Source: Lama glama
Taxonomy: Eukaryota
Reading direction: 5' to 3'
NCBI GenBank assembly: GCA_028534125.1
Contig: CM052821.1
Span: 55,738,001-55,802,000 of the forward strand
Length of the DNA: 64,000 nucleotides
A program made the translations under genes and the position numbers. Positions 1-12,136 of the stretch are shown here, piece by piece (positions within the stretch are counted from its first letter, which is position 1; every line of letters starts with the position of its first letter). The notes under the pieces were generated by a model that was not told the DNA's origin, ran no database searches, and saw nothing but the letters and a program-made list of their open reading frames with translations.

Positions 1-3000
1 ACATGTGATGGCCGTTTGAAATTAAAGTTCACACGTGCCAGTATACGTGCCCCGCCAGTACACTCACACCTGCACCTGTACACACACACACACCCCAACA
101 CGCATGTACACACCAGTGCGCACACACACCCGTGTACACTTCAGATGTGGTTCGTTTTCTGGGTGTGGCAGCTGTGTGTGAGGTCGCTGACTTTCCCGCA
201 CCCCCGCCGGGCACACTGACCTCGTTACACTTCCCCGGAGGGGCAGCCTGTCTCCTCCGGGGAGGGGCTTCTCCTGGCCAAAGGCTGGCACTGACCTGCA
301 CACCAGCTGAGCAGGGTCGACTTTCCACTGGTCACCACGTGATTGTTTGAAGAGAAGTCAGTGTTTTTCACTAGGTTGGATCAGTTTCTGGCTAATTTCT
401 GACTTACGAGTGATTATTCTCCGACAGGCTGGCCTAGAACCCCTTGGCCAGTGAATCTGTTCACAGTCCTGCAGAGACTGACCGCCCTGGCAGGGCAGTT
501 GGAGTTTTCGCGAGGACCACGGATGATGACATTCGGAGAACTGTTGTGTGTCAGTCACCCAAGTCCTCGGGCACGGCCGTGCGGGGCGACCCATGGCTGC
601 CCGGGACACTAACCTTGTTGATCTTCTGTGACAGTCAGAAGCAGGCCAAGCTCCTAGGAGGTTCTTGCTTTCCGCCTTCCAGTCACTTCCTGAGATGCAC
701 ACCTTCCTCCTCTTGTCCATCCTCCACGCAGCTGCCGAGACTCGCTGTGCACTGGCCTCCGAGGCCCTTCTCAGTCTGACCCACAGCCCTGCCTCCTCCA
801 GCCGGCTTTAGGCCGCGTTGAATCCTGGAGCGGTTTGTTTGTCCTTACGCACCACATGTGACCTCAGCTTTGCTTGTCCGGTTTGTTAACTTTGCCTGAA
901 ATGCACTTCGGCTGCCTCCCCTGCCTCCCCCAGGCCCTCTTCCACTGCCTGTGCGCAGCAGAGCGGGGCGGTGGTCCCTGGGTTGAGCAAGGGAGGCAGG
1001 TGGGGTACGTGTCAGATGGGACTTTGTCCTTCAGAGTCGCAGCTGAGGAGGAAGTTGGCACCGGGAGCCAGAGACTGACATCAGGGGAGGACTTGGGAGG
1101 CTGGCTGGTGGGGGCTCAGGCTCTGGCTCTGTCACCCCAGGGGTGTGGCCGGCGAGTGACAGCCCCACATTGCTGGTGGTTTCGCCGGGGCTGGGAGTCA
1201 GGGCAGGTAGAGTGCTCACACCAGTGGTGGCGCATTGTGAGCTGCAGCCGACCTGGGCACCGCCATCACCTCGTCGGTGTTTTTAGCATTTTTATCAGTT
1301 ACGTGGTGGGGTTGGGGGGGTGGGCTCCTCTTCCCAGTGAGGGCTGGGGTTGGTCTGGGTTCTCTGTCGACACAGAGTGTTGGACGTCGTGGGCAAAGTG
1401 CCTGTCTGGCGCTGGCTCCCTGGGCAGGCTCCCCTGTCTGGCCTGGGAGGCCGCTTAGCGGGGCCGATACTGCCCCAACCCAGGGAGACCAGGGCGGGCG
1501 CCAGGCTTCATTATTACTAAAATGGACACGTCCGCCCTAGGGGGAAAGATGCCAGAATGCGCTCCTAGAGAATGGTTCTGCCTCGGTATGCTAACCAGCT
1601 CTGTTGCAGGTACATTTTGCCTTTCCTGTGTTTTTTAATTTAGGTTAAATGTGATTTTAATGAAATTTCTCTGAAAGCTGTCTTGCCTACATTGTAAGGT
1701 TAAAATTGACTTATTCTTTCAAGAGAGAACTTGGTTACAGCTGGTAAACTAGATTCAGCTTTATTACCACCCAAGTGAAAATATTTTTATTTCTGCTGCA
1801 CGGTGAGCAGTCAGAGAGCAGAGGCTACACCAGTGGTGGGGCCTGGCCCCGGAGCAGTCGGCGTGCACCGTGAGAACTCGCGGGGACCCCCCCCACCCCT
1901 GCTCGTTAGACCCCGGACGGCTGGGGCGCCTTTGGGATGAAGGGAGGTTTCACTGTAGACGCGGGGCCCCGGGGTTGGCAAATCACACGTGGAGGGCGGT
2001 GACGTCAGCTGTGGGAGGTCATGTGGACTCTTGGGGACGCCTCCATGTGTCCGCTTACCAGCCTGCTTCCCTGTCTCAGGCTGAGGCTTTGTCCCCGTGG
2101 ACAGGGGTCCTTATTCCGGTGGCTCGGTGCTGGGCCTGCCCAAGGCCTTTGGGCAGCAGGTGCCCTGCGGGTTCTCACTCTCCCAGTGGTGTCCAGTAGA
2201 TTTAATGTGCCTTCAGTTGAAAACCTACGTGGCTATTTGGTTGCATTTTTCAGAAGAGGGATGCATTACCCAGTCCAAAAAAATCAACGAAATAGTGGAA
2301 GTTCCCTGTAATCTAAAAAATAGCATGTTAGGGTTACCCCCGGGTTCTGGCTCAGCCTCCTGCACTGACTCTGAAGCTGGTCGCTGCTGATAATGGTCAT
2401 CATCATCATCAGGAGAGGGAGAGGGAGAAGAAGCAGCAGCTGTTAAGCACCTGCGGAGTCAGAGGCACCGCCCCCAGCTCTTTATCTGTGTTGTTGTGTT
2501 GATTTGTCACAGCACCCCTTTGAGGTGGGACGTTACGCCGCCCCTTCCCTGGCCTCAGGTTCCCTGCAGGCTGGATGGTCTCCGGTGGCCTCCGGCTCTG
2601 CCCATCCTGGGTCGGTACTGAGCTCGGGCGAGCCCCCTCAGCCGTCCCCCAGCCTCCTGGGGGCCCAGCGCTGTCCTCCGGGCTCAGAGTGACGCCCGGC
2701 CCTGCCTGCGCCCCAGGGTTCCTGGGGGAGGAGCAGGCTGCAGCTGCGCAGAGGCGATGCCCTCCCCAGACCCGCACCCTCTGTGCACGGTTTCTCTGGG
2801 GACTCCTGGCTGTGTCTTGTGCCTTCTGGTGCCCCCCCCCCCGCATTGTGACGCCCTGTGAAGAGGGAGGGGGCAGAAAATCAAACTTGGCTTCTCTGAA
2901 TAGAGGGAGCCCGGTCCTAGAGGCCTCCCCAGTGTCGTCTTGGGACCCTGGGGTCAGGCCCGTAGCCCCTCCGGCCGTCTCCCAGGCCAGAGGGCCGTGT

Positions 3001-5694
3001 GGGAAGGCAGGCTGTGGCCCTGTCACCTGGGCCTCCCTGACCCTCCCGCTTTCCCTGCTCTGTCTTTCCTGGGCTCGCTGCCTCCCCAGCTCTTTGTGTT
3101 TTCCTCCTGGTGTAAGCCTGTGGTCAGGTGTTCCCGAGAGCAGGTAGAGCAGGATTTACTTTCTAAAAATCAAAGGACAACTCTCCTTGCAGGTCTGGGC
3201 TGCAGGGTCCCGGGAGGCCCGGCCACCACCACCCAGCCCACGTTACAGCCGCAGAACGGGGTGGGCGGGCCTGGGCGGGCGTGTCCCCATTCAGCTCTTG
3301 GGTGCCCCCCACCACGGGCCACCGAGGCAGGTGAACCTGCTTGGCTTCGAGACGCTGTGTCTGTGACCTGGCTGACCTTTCCTCCTGGAACCACTCAGCA
3401 GAGCAGTCACAGAGGGCAGCTCCAGGGTCACTGGCTCATCTGGGGGGTGCTCAAGCGGGGAGCATGTTTGCGCCCGGAGGCGGTGATGGCCGCCCGGTGA
3501 GCAGGGGAGCGTGAGCAGGGTGCTCGGAGCTGGGGCGTGGCTGCTCTGCTCCTCAATGATGGTATCTTTGCGTCCCTGTGTCCGAGATTTATGTTCCAGG
3601 TTTATGGCCAAACTGAGAGTAGTTAATTAAACTGTAAGGAGAGATGTCCAAATAGAGCGATTCTCCTTGACCTTAAGAAGGAAAAGTCGTCTTGGTTTTG
3701 AATATAGGCCATCAAATCTGGTTTTGCAGTGATTCCCCGAAGTCATTTTTGATCGTGTTTACACGTTGCTGGAGACACCCTGAGCCGTTTTATCTCCCTC
3801 CCTTGAAGAACCAGCGTCCCGCTTAAGGTCAGGACGGAGCAGCATCGGGGGCCGGGCTCGGGCAACCGCCTCTCGTTACCGAGGTCACAGTCCTTCCCGC
3901 GCTGGTCAGCTGCCGGCGCTGGGAGAAGGAGGAGGGGCACGCGCTGTTTCACGAAGTGGACCCTCCGTACTTCGGGCCACGGGTCCCTGTGTCTGTGCTC
4001 CCAGCCCCGCCTGCAGTCACACCCTGTCACTGCGCCGCGGACAGTGCAGACCGAGCACATGCCCGCAGCTCTCCGCACGGTCAGCCCCCTGCCCTCTGCC
4101 AGGCCCGGGCCCCCATGCAGAGACCCGCGGTTTCAGTCTGTGGTGAAGTCCTCCAGGGTTCTGGGGGCCGGACAGGTGGGGAGGGCAGGGGCTGCTGTAG
4201 GCACCAGGCCATCCAGCGGCTTCTCGAGGCCCCACTCTGCCCCGGCCGCCCTCCCCCACCAGGTCCGCGGTGCCGTGGACCTGGGGTGCGGGGCTGCTTC
4301 CTGCTGTGTGCAGCGCTGGTGCAGGCTGGAGCCCCCTGCCGTCGAGGGAGACTTTGTCCATCTTTCTGTTCTCACTTCTGTCTTTCTGCCTGTTTTGGGC
4401 ACCATGTTTGCCCTCTTCTGTCAATTTGCGAGGTGCCAGGAAGGAGGGAGGTATGTGCGTGGTGCTCAGATGCCTCTCGAACGGCCTCTGAAGCCCCCTG
4501 GTCTGGGAGGGGGGCCCCAGTCCCCGGGCACCAGGGGTCTCCATGGGGCGTGGCCTTCGAATGCTTCCGCACCCAGCAATTACAGGTGCCCTCTGGGTGC
4601 TGGGGTGCCCCCTGCCCGCGGAGCTCCGCCTGGTCCCGCGCTTGGCCCCAGTGGGCACTCTGCACCTCGTCGCCCTTCCTGGCGGCTGGTGAGGTCGGAG
4701 CTGGCAGCATCTGCCCTTGACAGACGGGAGTGGAGGCCCCGGGGCTTTCCACTGGAGTCACACAGGCCCCGGTGAGTTGAGATGCCTGTGGACACTGGCA
4801 GTGAGGGCGTGGCGGCCGGGGTGGAGGCGGTCGGGGAGGGCTTCGCGGAAGACGGCACCAGCTCTGAGCCTTGGTGGCCGTTCGCTGTGTTGAGTGGGGG
4901 CTGGTGGGAAATGGTGAAGCAGCGGTGAGCCTGTGGCTGCTGGACTGTGTGGGGGTGAAGGGGGTGCCGGGAGGGCGTGTGGGGGACAGGCCCGAGGAGG
5001 GCTTGGAACAGGTGGGCGCTGGCCGGTGTCTCCTCCCACCTCTGCGTCCCCGGACTCGCGTCCACGTGGCCTCAGGAGCAGAATTTATGCTGCAGAATCG
5101 GCAAGGGCTGGGAATCAAGGCCTCTTCCCAGAGGATCTGTCGTTCAGCGCTGACCAGCGCAGCGCTGTGCGAGAAGGAGGGCCGGGGCGGACCTGGGCAG
5201 CTTCGGGAGGCATTTCAGCTTCTCGGGGAGCTGTCGGGAGGGTTAAGTACCAGCGGGCGTGGCCAGAGTGGTGTCGGGAACGCGGAGCAGGAACCAGGTG
5301 GGCTGACCCTTTGTGCTCCCTCCCCTCATCCAGACCATGCCGTGGTTTTCACGCGTGTACCTTAAGTTGCGTCCTGTTCGTTCTGAAAGTGCACCTTAGA
5401 TTATACAGGTAGGGCCACCTGTGCCGTTCTGTTTTCTTCCTGATAAGAGCGTGGGCCAGAACGAGTAATTCCCTGCCCAGAGCTATACGTACGTCCCTCC
5501 ACGCACGTGTGTGGTTTGATTTCATCCCCTTTCCTACACGATGGTTCTACTCAGAGACACAATAACGTGCCTTCTCTCCCTCAGAACACGTCTGTTCTCT
5601 CAGCTGTGTTCCAGTCTTCGGTAGTAGGTGACGAGGAAAGTGTCAGTTATAGAACTCGCTTTGGAAAGTGCTTCAGTGCTTTTCCATAGACACG

Positions 5695-5896
5695 CGAGGC
5701 CCACCCCCCCATCCTCTGTCCCTTCCCTCACTGAGCAACCTCCTCCCTCCTCTCCTGTCTCCTGTGATCCATTCGCTCACCCACCCGCCAACCATCCCTC
5801 CCTCCCTTCCTCCGTCCATCTACCCATCCGCCCACCCCTCCATCCATCTCTCCCTCCCTCTCTCCACCCCTCCCTCCATCCATCCCTTCATCCCAC
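5695..5896. repeat. Pyrimidine-rich low-complexity (CCAT/CCCT)n-like tract
   Basis: Degenerate ccatcc/ccctcc units seen directly; they produce the spurious HPSL-rich ORFs at 5628 and 5668. Confidence 0.8.
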
Positions 5897-6150
5897 TTTC
5901 ATGGAAAACTCCTGATACCTTGCCCTTTGGGTCCAGGACATGGAAAGGAATCAGGATTTCTTATCCTTATGAGCCCATAGTTCAAAGCGAGAGTTAGCCA
6001 TTCAAGCCACCAAGGCCACTAAGGGTCCCAGGTGCTCTCTATAAATTGAGGCAGGAGTGGCTGGGGGGGCCCTGAGGTGGGGGGTGTCAGCTCCAGGGTG
6101 GGGAGAGGTCACAAAGGCTTCCAAAGGGCAGCGGAGTCTTGAGCGTGGGG
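5880..6150 (-). mobile_element. Degenerate L2 LINE 3' fragment
   Basis: Follows a (ccat/tcat)-like tail and loosely resembles the recalled antisense L2 3' end (...ccttatgagcccatagttc...ggagaggtcacaaaggcttcc). Confidence 0.4.
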
Positions 6151-6249
6151 AGGCGTGGGCCGGCAGGGCCATGGGAGTCACACTGAGACAGATCCTTGTT
6201 GGTGGCGCATTCTCAGTCTTGATGCGCGCCCGGAGAGAGGGCGTGCTCT

Positions 6250-6357
6250 GGGAAAGCTGCGTGCCCCCACTTCGGGGAAGGCCGTGTGCCCCAACTTCCG
6301 GGAAGGCCGTGCGCCCCCCACTTCCAAAGAGGCCGCACGCCCCACTTCCGGGCGGCC
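6250..6357. repeat. ~25-bp minisatellite, about 4.4 copies
   Basis: Units gggaaagctgcgtgcccccacttc / ggggaaggccgtgtgccccaacttc / cgggaaggccgtgcgccccccacttc / caaagaggccgcacgccccacttc / cgggcggcc. Confidence 0.85.
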
Positions 6358-9300
6358 TTGGGTAGGGTCAGACTTCCTTTCGGCTAACACCGGGTCTGAG
6401 GTTTGATGGCGTCCCGTCCACACTGTGGCCTTGAGAGCTCCTCTCCCCGTCAGCACCATCACTGTGTCCCCACCTAGAACCTTCCACAGGTGTTAGTGGG
6501 ATGGAGCCAAGAACCGGGCCCCCTCTAGCCCCCACCCACCAGATCTGGCTCCTAACCCGCCTCCCGTCTCCTCTGGGCCTCCCCGATCTGCCTGTGTCCA
6601 CAGCCAGGGCAGCCCCTATGGGGCTTCTGGAGCAGTCAGTACCCGCGCCTGGGCTCCCAGGAAGGCTGCTCTGTCTCCTCCGTCTGTCCCCCCAGGCCCC
6701 GTGCGGCAGCCTCGTGTGGAAACGGCCCTGGCTCGGAGGTGTTTGTTGAGAGGCCCATGAAGACATCTGTGAAGTGGGGATGATTTAATGCCGCGTTGCT
6801 GCGATTCTGTGTAGCGCCAGAAGAACTCGTATTTTAGATTATGTTACTGTCAAAAAAATAGACCTTAATATGTCCCTAGGGATGGAGAGATGGTGTGTGG
6901 TGGTGTCAGATAAACACGGTTTCTTTACGTCCTGCTGGGAGGCTCATTTCCATCCCACGCTGTTGTCTGTGCTGGGGTCCCGAGAGTGTTGGGGCGTCGC
7001 TGTCCCCAAGGCCAGGCGGCCTGCTGTGACCTCTTCCGGGGGCTGTGCCACCACAGCTTTACAAGCGGGTGGTGCCTCCAGGGTCTGAGCCACCTCCCTC
7101 ACCCTCCCCTGGGGAGCCCGTGAGAGATCAGCCACCACGCGGCCTGGCCTGGGTGTCACGTCAGCCTGGGAGGAGTGATTTTTGGAGAAGTGCAGTGTGG
7201 CCCCTGCCCTGATGTGTGTCTGGATCTCAGCTCTCAGGGTCCTTTAATGCTGGCAGAAGTCCTCTGCTGAAACACGAGTCCAAAATGGATGCCCCACCGC
7301 ACGCCCGGAGTTAGCGTCAGGCCCCCACACGGAGGGCTCTGTTCTCCGGGGGGTTCCAGCCACGCCCCGTGGCCCCCAGTGCCGCATGTCTGACCGAGCA
7401 GCGATGAAGGCCGCAGTCCCCGGGCCCCGCTGCAGTCACTTGCCTGAGTGGCTTGCAGAGCTTGGGAAAGCATGTCACAGGAGGTGCGGCTCAGGAGGGC
7501 CAGCCAGGGGAGACAGGCGTAGGACGAGGTTGGGGAGGGTCCTGGGACTCGGAGCTCCTTCGGCGCCCGCGTCAGGGCCTGTCGCCCTCCCGTGTGTCCG
7601 CGCGCTCACCCTCTGGGAAGCTCGCTGAGCCCGGGCGTCTGGAGTCGTCGCGCGGGCACGACTGACTGCGTCGTGGGCCCCGGCGCCTCTTCCCTGACGT
7701 CCGACAGCTGGGACCCCACCCGGCACCGGGAAGGTGCGTCCCGCCGTGGGCTGCAGGGTGGGCCTCGTGCTCCCGTCTCTGGTCCTGCACACCCACGGCC
7801 CCCAGCCTGGCCTCCTGCCCCCGTGTGTCCAGGTCCTTACGTCTTTAGTCCCCTCTGCCCTGTCCCTTCGCTCCCTGCGCTGTGCTGCTGAGAAGAGTCC
7901 GCGGGGAGCCTGAGCTGCACCTGTCGGCCTGAAGCTGCGTCTGCTTACAGCTTGGATCATGGAGACAGCTGACGGCAGGCTCCCTGGCCGTTTGGTGGAG
8001 GCCCCGTTTGCCTGGTCAGAGCTTCCACTGTGGTTTTATTTCTGGGTGAGGCTCAGTTGCCGTCTCCTCTGCATTCTTGGTCTGGACCCAGTCACATGCC
8101 CACTGCTGGCATTCCCCTGTGTCAGGAACTTTCATGAGAGGGTTCTGTGCGGGAGCTGCGGCCCGCCCTGTTTTCCAGGGGGGCACCTGGAGGCCCTGAG
8201 AGCCTAGAGAACCTTCCAGAAGCTGACCTGGGTTTGGACCTCAGTTCTCCTAACCCTGAAACTCGAGGTCTTTCCACGACTCACCAGTCTGGCCGGGCTC
8301 TCTGCAGAGGGAGAGGGCAGTCCAGCAGCCCAGACTCAGGCCTCCTCACTGCCCCGATGTGGGGCTGGCAGGACTGCTGGCCTGCGAGGATTTGCTGGGG
8401 AGTGTCCTCTGCTTGGAGAGTGGAACCATGGGGCCTGGATTCTGCTCTGTGTCCTTCACTCCCCCTGCCACCCGGTCCCCTTCCAGCTCGGGCCTCTGTC
8501 CCCCGGTGCACCTCCCTGGGCAGCCGCGGAAGGTCTGTCTGCAGCGGGGTCCCGGGCTGCTGCTCCCCGGAGCTGTGGGCCGGGCCTGGTGCGTGTCGCT
8601 CTCTGCCTTGGCCTCTTTCTCCGGCCCCCTCGGCACGGCCGTGGGCCCTGGGTCCTCGCGGGGTGTGGCTCAGCCCTGCCTCTGGGGCCTGGCGCCTCTG
8701 TGTAGCTGTTTACTCTCACCGTAAAGCAAGCCCTGCACACAAGGCGGGTGAGCCCAGGGCGAGGGCCTCCTTGGACGCAGAGGGGCCCGTGTTCAGTGAC
8801 AGCGGGCTCGTGTTTTTGTTCTTCTTCTCTTGTGAACAGGTTAGGGAATTGAAATCTTACCCCTTCAAAGCCTATTCTGGCCTCGCCCAGTGGAAGCCTG
8901 ATGCAGTCACGTCTGTGCTTGGCGTTGTGGACGGGCTTTGGGCGGGTCTCTTTGTGCGAGCAACTGTGTTCACTCTTTGGGCAAATTAATCTAAGTAGCG
9001 CTGGCCGCGCCTGAACAGCACGTGTTTCTCTGCCGTGTCGAGGGGGTACAGGTTTTTTCCTTTTAGCGTAAATCCTGGGACACAGTGTGTGTGTGTTGTT
9101 TATTTTTATTTTCAACTGAGGAGACAGGATGCTGCAGCAGGAGCGCCCGTCTGCAGGCCCGCGGCTTCGGGTGCCGGCGCCGCGTCCAACGTGCTGGGGG
9201 ACAGCCGCCTGCTGCGACTTCGCAGCAGTCCCCGCCCTGGCCTGCCGCGGAAGGGTCTGATGAAAAGCATCTATCTCTTCAGCCTGAAAGATGACAATAA

Positions 9301-12008
9301 TTACATCTGCCTGCTCGTTCGCTCTGTGTACACTCTGACTTCCAGTGGAATGGAAATTTCAAATTCAGAATTATTGCTAACCAAATTACCTTTATCAGTG
9401 ATGGAGCATCTGCTCACAATTACTTACAAAACAGGAAAAATGAATCTTTTCAGCATAAACATTTGCACCCTGATGTATATAAATTGAAAGTAGTGCCTAG
9501 AGTTTAGTAGTCCATTTCTCACCATGCTCACGTCAGAGGCGGCACGTTAGAAGGTGGTGGGAGAGCGGTGGCTGGCCCGCTCCGTCACTCTCCATCACTG
9601 CTTCCAGAGAAGGCCCAGCCTCAGAACAAAGGCCGGTCCGCGTGGACGAGGCCTGCCCCCGTTGTTCTGGGGTGGCTGCTCCTGTTGGCCAGAACCCAGC
9701 TGACGTGGCCTGGCCGGGGGGTGAGCTGCCTGGCGGGCGCTCCCCTAAGGCGCCTCCCCACTGGGTGGGCACGAGGTGGCCTCCGTAGCCCCGCTCAGGA
9801 GCTCGGGCCCGTGGCAGGGCGAAGAGAAGCCCAGAAGCTCTGGATACTCGGAGTCGGTAATCCTGGTGAAAGAGACAACTTTGAGGCTCAAGGCTGCATT
9901 TTCTTTCTGTCTCTCCTGCGAGTGGCCAGGCTCCTGGAGGACAGGACAGTGGCCGTGTCTCCTCTGGGGCTTCACTGTCACGGGCGGTGGGGTACGCGGA
10001 GGCCCTGATTAGCTTCCCTGAAAGAGCTGATGAGTGAGGAGCCTCCCTGTGGAGGAGGGGTCTGCCCCCGTCTGCAGAGGGCACGGCTGTGCCCAGGCAG
10101 CTGGTGCCCGGGGATGCCGGGCGGGTCTGTGGGGTCCCTTCAGGACAGGGAGGACGATGGTCGGGGGTCCCATCTGAGGCTCACGTGCACACTGGCCGAG
10201 CCACCTCGCTGGCCTCGTGCGGGCGCAGGTGAGGGTGCTGCAGGCGGGAGCTGCCGGAGGGCTGTCGGCCACTGGATCTGGCTGGGTGGTCTCCTCTGCC
10301 CGAGCCTGAGACGGGGTGGGGGGCCCCTCAGGTGGAAAGGGTTAATTTTTATCTGGTTAGGTTCCTTCAGTGACAGACGTTCCAGAAATATGTGTTTAAT
10401 TTCCCAAACCTGTGGCTTGCTGTTTTCCGGCAGGACAGTGCCACGTGCCCCCCAGGCGCTTGTCCGGGTTGTTTGTCTTCCCCGCTTGAGATTGGCGCCC
10501 TTCTGTAGCTGAGGAAGCCCACGGCGCTGCGGGCACGGGGCCCGGCCGGGAGACTCGCTCCCCCCCCATCCACGGACGTGCCGGGCACTCACCGCTTGCC
10601 GGGCCCGGACGAGGCCGCCACCCCAAGGGCATCGTGTCCGGGGGGCACCCTGGGAGGTCTGGGTCCTGCCGGCCCCTCAGCTGGCGAGCCTCCGCCTTGC
10701 TGTGCAGGATGAGGGTCGTGAACAAACGCTCAGGGCTCCGGAACCCATGAAAAGTCACTTGAATCCACGGGGTACGCTTGGAGTCGGCACTGCCTTCCCG
10801 AATGTTAAAACCTGGTGAAGGTCTCAGGGCAGGGTCCTCCGGCTCCCCCCGCCCCCTCCCTCTCGCTTAGTGGTTCCGTAAGTAAGTTCCTGCGCCGTTG
10901 TAAGTAATCAGGAACAGGCATAAAGACAAATCCGTGAACAGCAGAGCTACAGCTTCTCTCTTACACTGGTTTGGTGCCATTTCTAGAACTTCCTTTGGGA
11001 GACCTCTTTTCAGGGTTGCTTCTCAGGGCAGACCGATGGGGGAGGTAAGACCCAGAGAGAAGGGCCGTGTGAGTCAGGACGTGGAAGAAGGGGTGTGTGC
11101 AAAAGCAGGGCAGTTAGCAGTCCTGGGGGCCCCGGTTCAAGAAGTCAGTGTGGGAGCGCCCTGGTTCCCAGCCTGGAGGATCCGCCACGCCTGCTTGTTA
11201 CGGCAGCACCCATGCTCACCGGGCCCTTCGAGCACACTTGGTGGGCAGCATGCTGGGAAAAGGCGCTAGTCCCTTTTCTTTTGCCCCCTGGAGGGGCCCT
11301 TTCAGGACCCCACACTGCAGAGCGCCCGAGATCTGCAGCCTTTCCAGCGGTTGTTGTCACCCTGCAGGGAGGCTGGGTGGGGGACGCTGGGGACTCGGCT
11401 GTGGAGATGCAGCTTGTGCAGTGCCATGAGGAAGAAGGACCCTGTGGCTGGTGGGAGATCGCACAGCGGGCCTGGTTCCTCTCGGGGCCCCAAACCAGGG
11501 GTCCGGGGGTGTGCCTGCCTGCCCCCTCACTGGCCAGGATGGGAGCACATGGGGCATTTGCCTGGCACGAGACTGAAGGTGTCTTGGAAGCCAGGAGCTT
11601 GTCCCCTCTCTTGGAACACCACCCGTGGGACCAGACAGATGCAGGTCAGCCTGGGCTCTGCCTCGGGTCCCAGGGTGTCCCCTGGCCTCTCAGACCAACG
11701 TGCCCATGTGTGAGGCAGGAGGGGGCTGCTCACCTTGCTGGTGGGGGGCATGGGGCGTCCCACACGGGGCACACGCTCAATGCACGGAGCTGTCGTGATC
11801 CCGGATACTGCTTCCGCCGCCGCCCGTGGCGGAACGAGAGGAAGAGCCTTGTGCTGGAAAGCACTCATTACTTCCTTGCTCCTCGGGAGGCAGTGCTGGG
11901 GTGGGTGGAGGGGCTTCTGAGGCGGGCACGGGGCCTCGGGGAAGGGATGCGGGGCTGCTGGTGGACCTAGACTCCTGACCGCCTTGGGGCCTGTGTTGTC
12001 TCCCGCAG

Positions 12009-12136
12009 AGCAAGTCCACCGGCACCTGGACCAGCACGAGGTCAGGTACCTGCAGTTTGCCTTCCGCTGGATGAACAACCTGCTGATGAGGGAGCTGCCC
12101 CTGAGCTGCACCGTCCGCCTGTGGGACACCTACCAG
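12009..12136 (+). CDS. TBC1D22A: TBC1 domain family member 22A, internal coding exon (128 nt; phase-1 start, phase-0 end)
   Basis: Acceptor tgtgttgtctcccgcAG (12007-12008) and donor CAG|GTGAGC (12137). Encodes (E)QVHRHLDQHEVRYLQFAFRWMNNLLMRELPLSCTVRLWDTYQ with the TBC-domain motif FRW...LL.RE.P.....RLWD. HRHLDQHEVRY fits 22A rather than 22B as I recall the paralogs. 41 of 43 third codon positions are G/C. Confidence 0.97.

Noticed and set aside
9249-9343. Box C/D snoRNA (TGATGA at 9258, CTGA at 9335, GGAAG/CTTCC ends)
   Set aside because: The C box lacks the purine (CTGATGA), the terminal stem is out of register for a K-turn, and I recognise no guide. An Rfam cmscan or snoScan hit would overturn this.
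9035-9487. 150-aa ORF with a protein-like C-terminal half
   Set aside because: It has a non-ATG start, no recognisable homology and no clear splice sites in frame with TBC1D22A.
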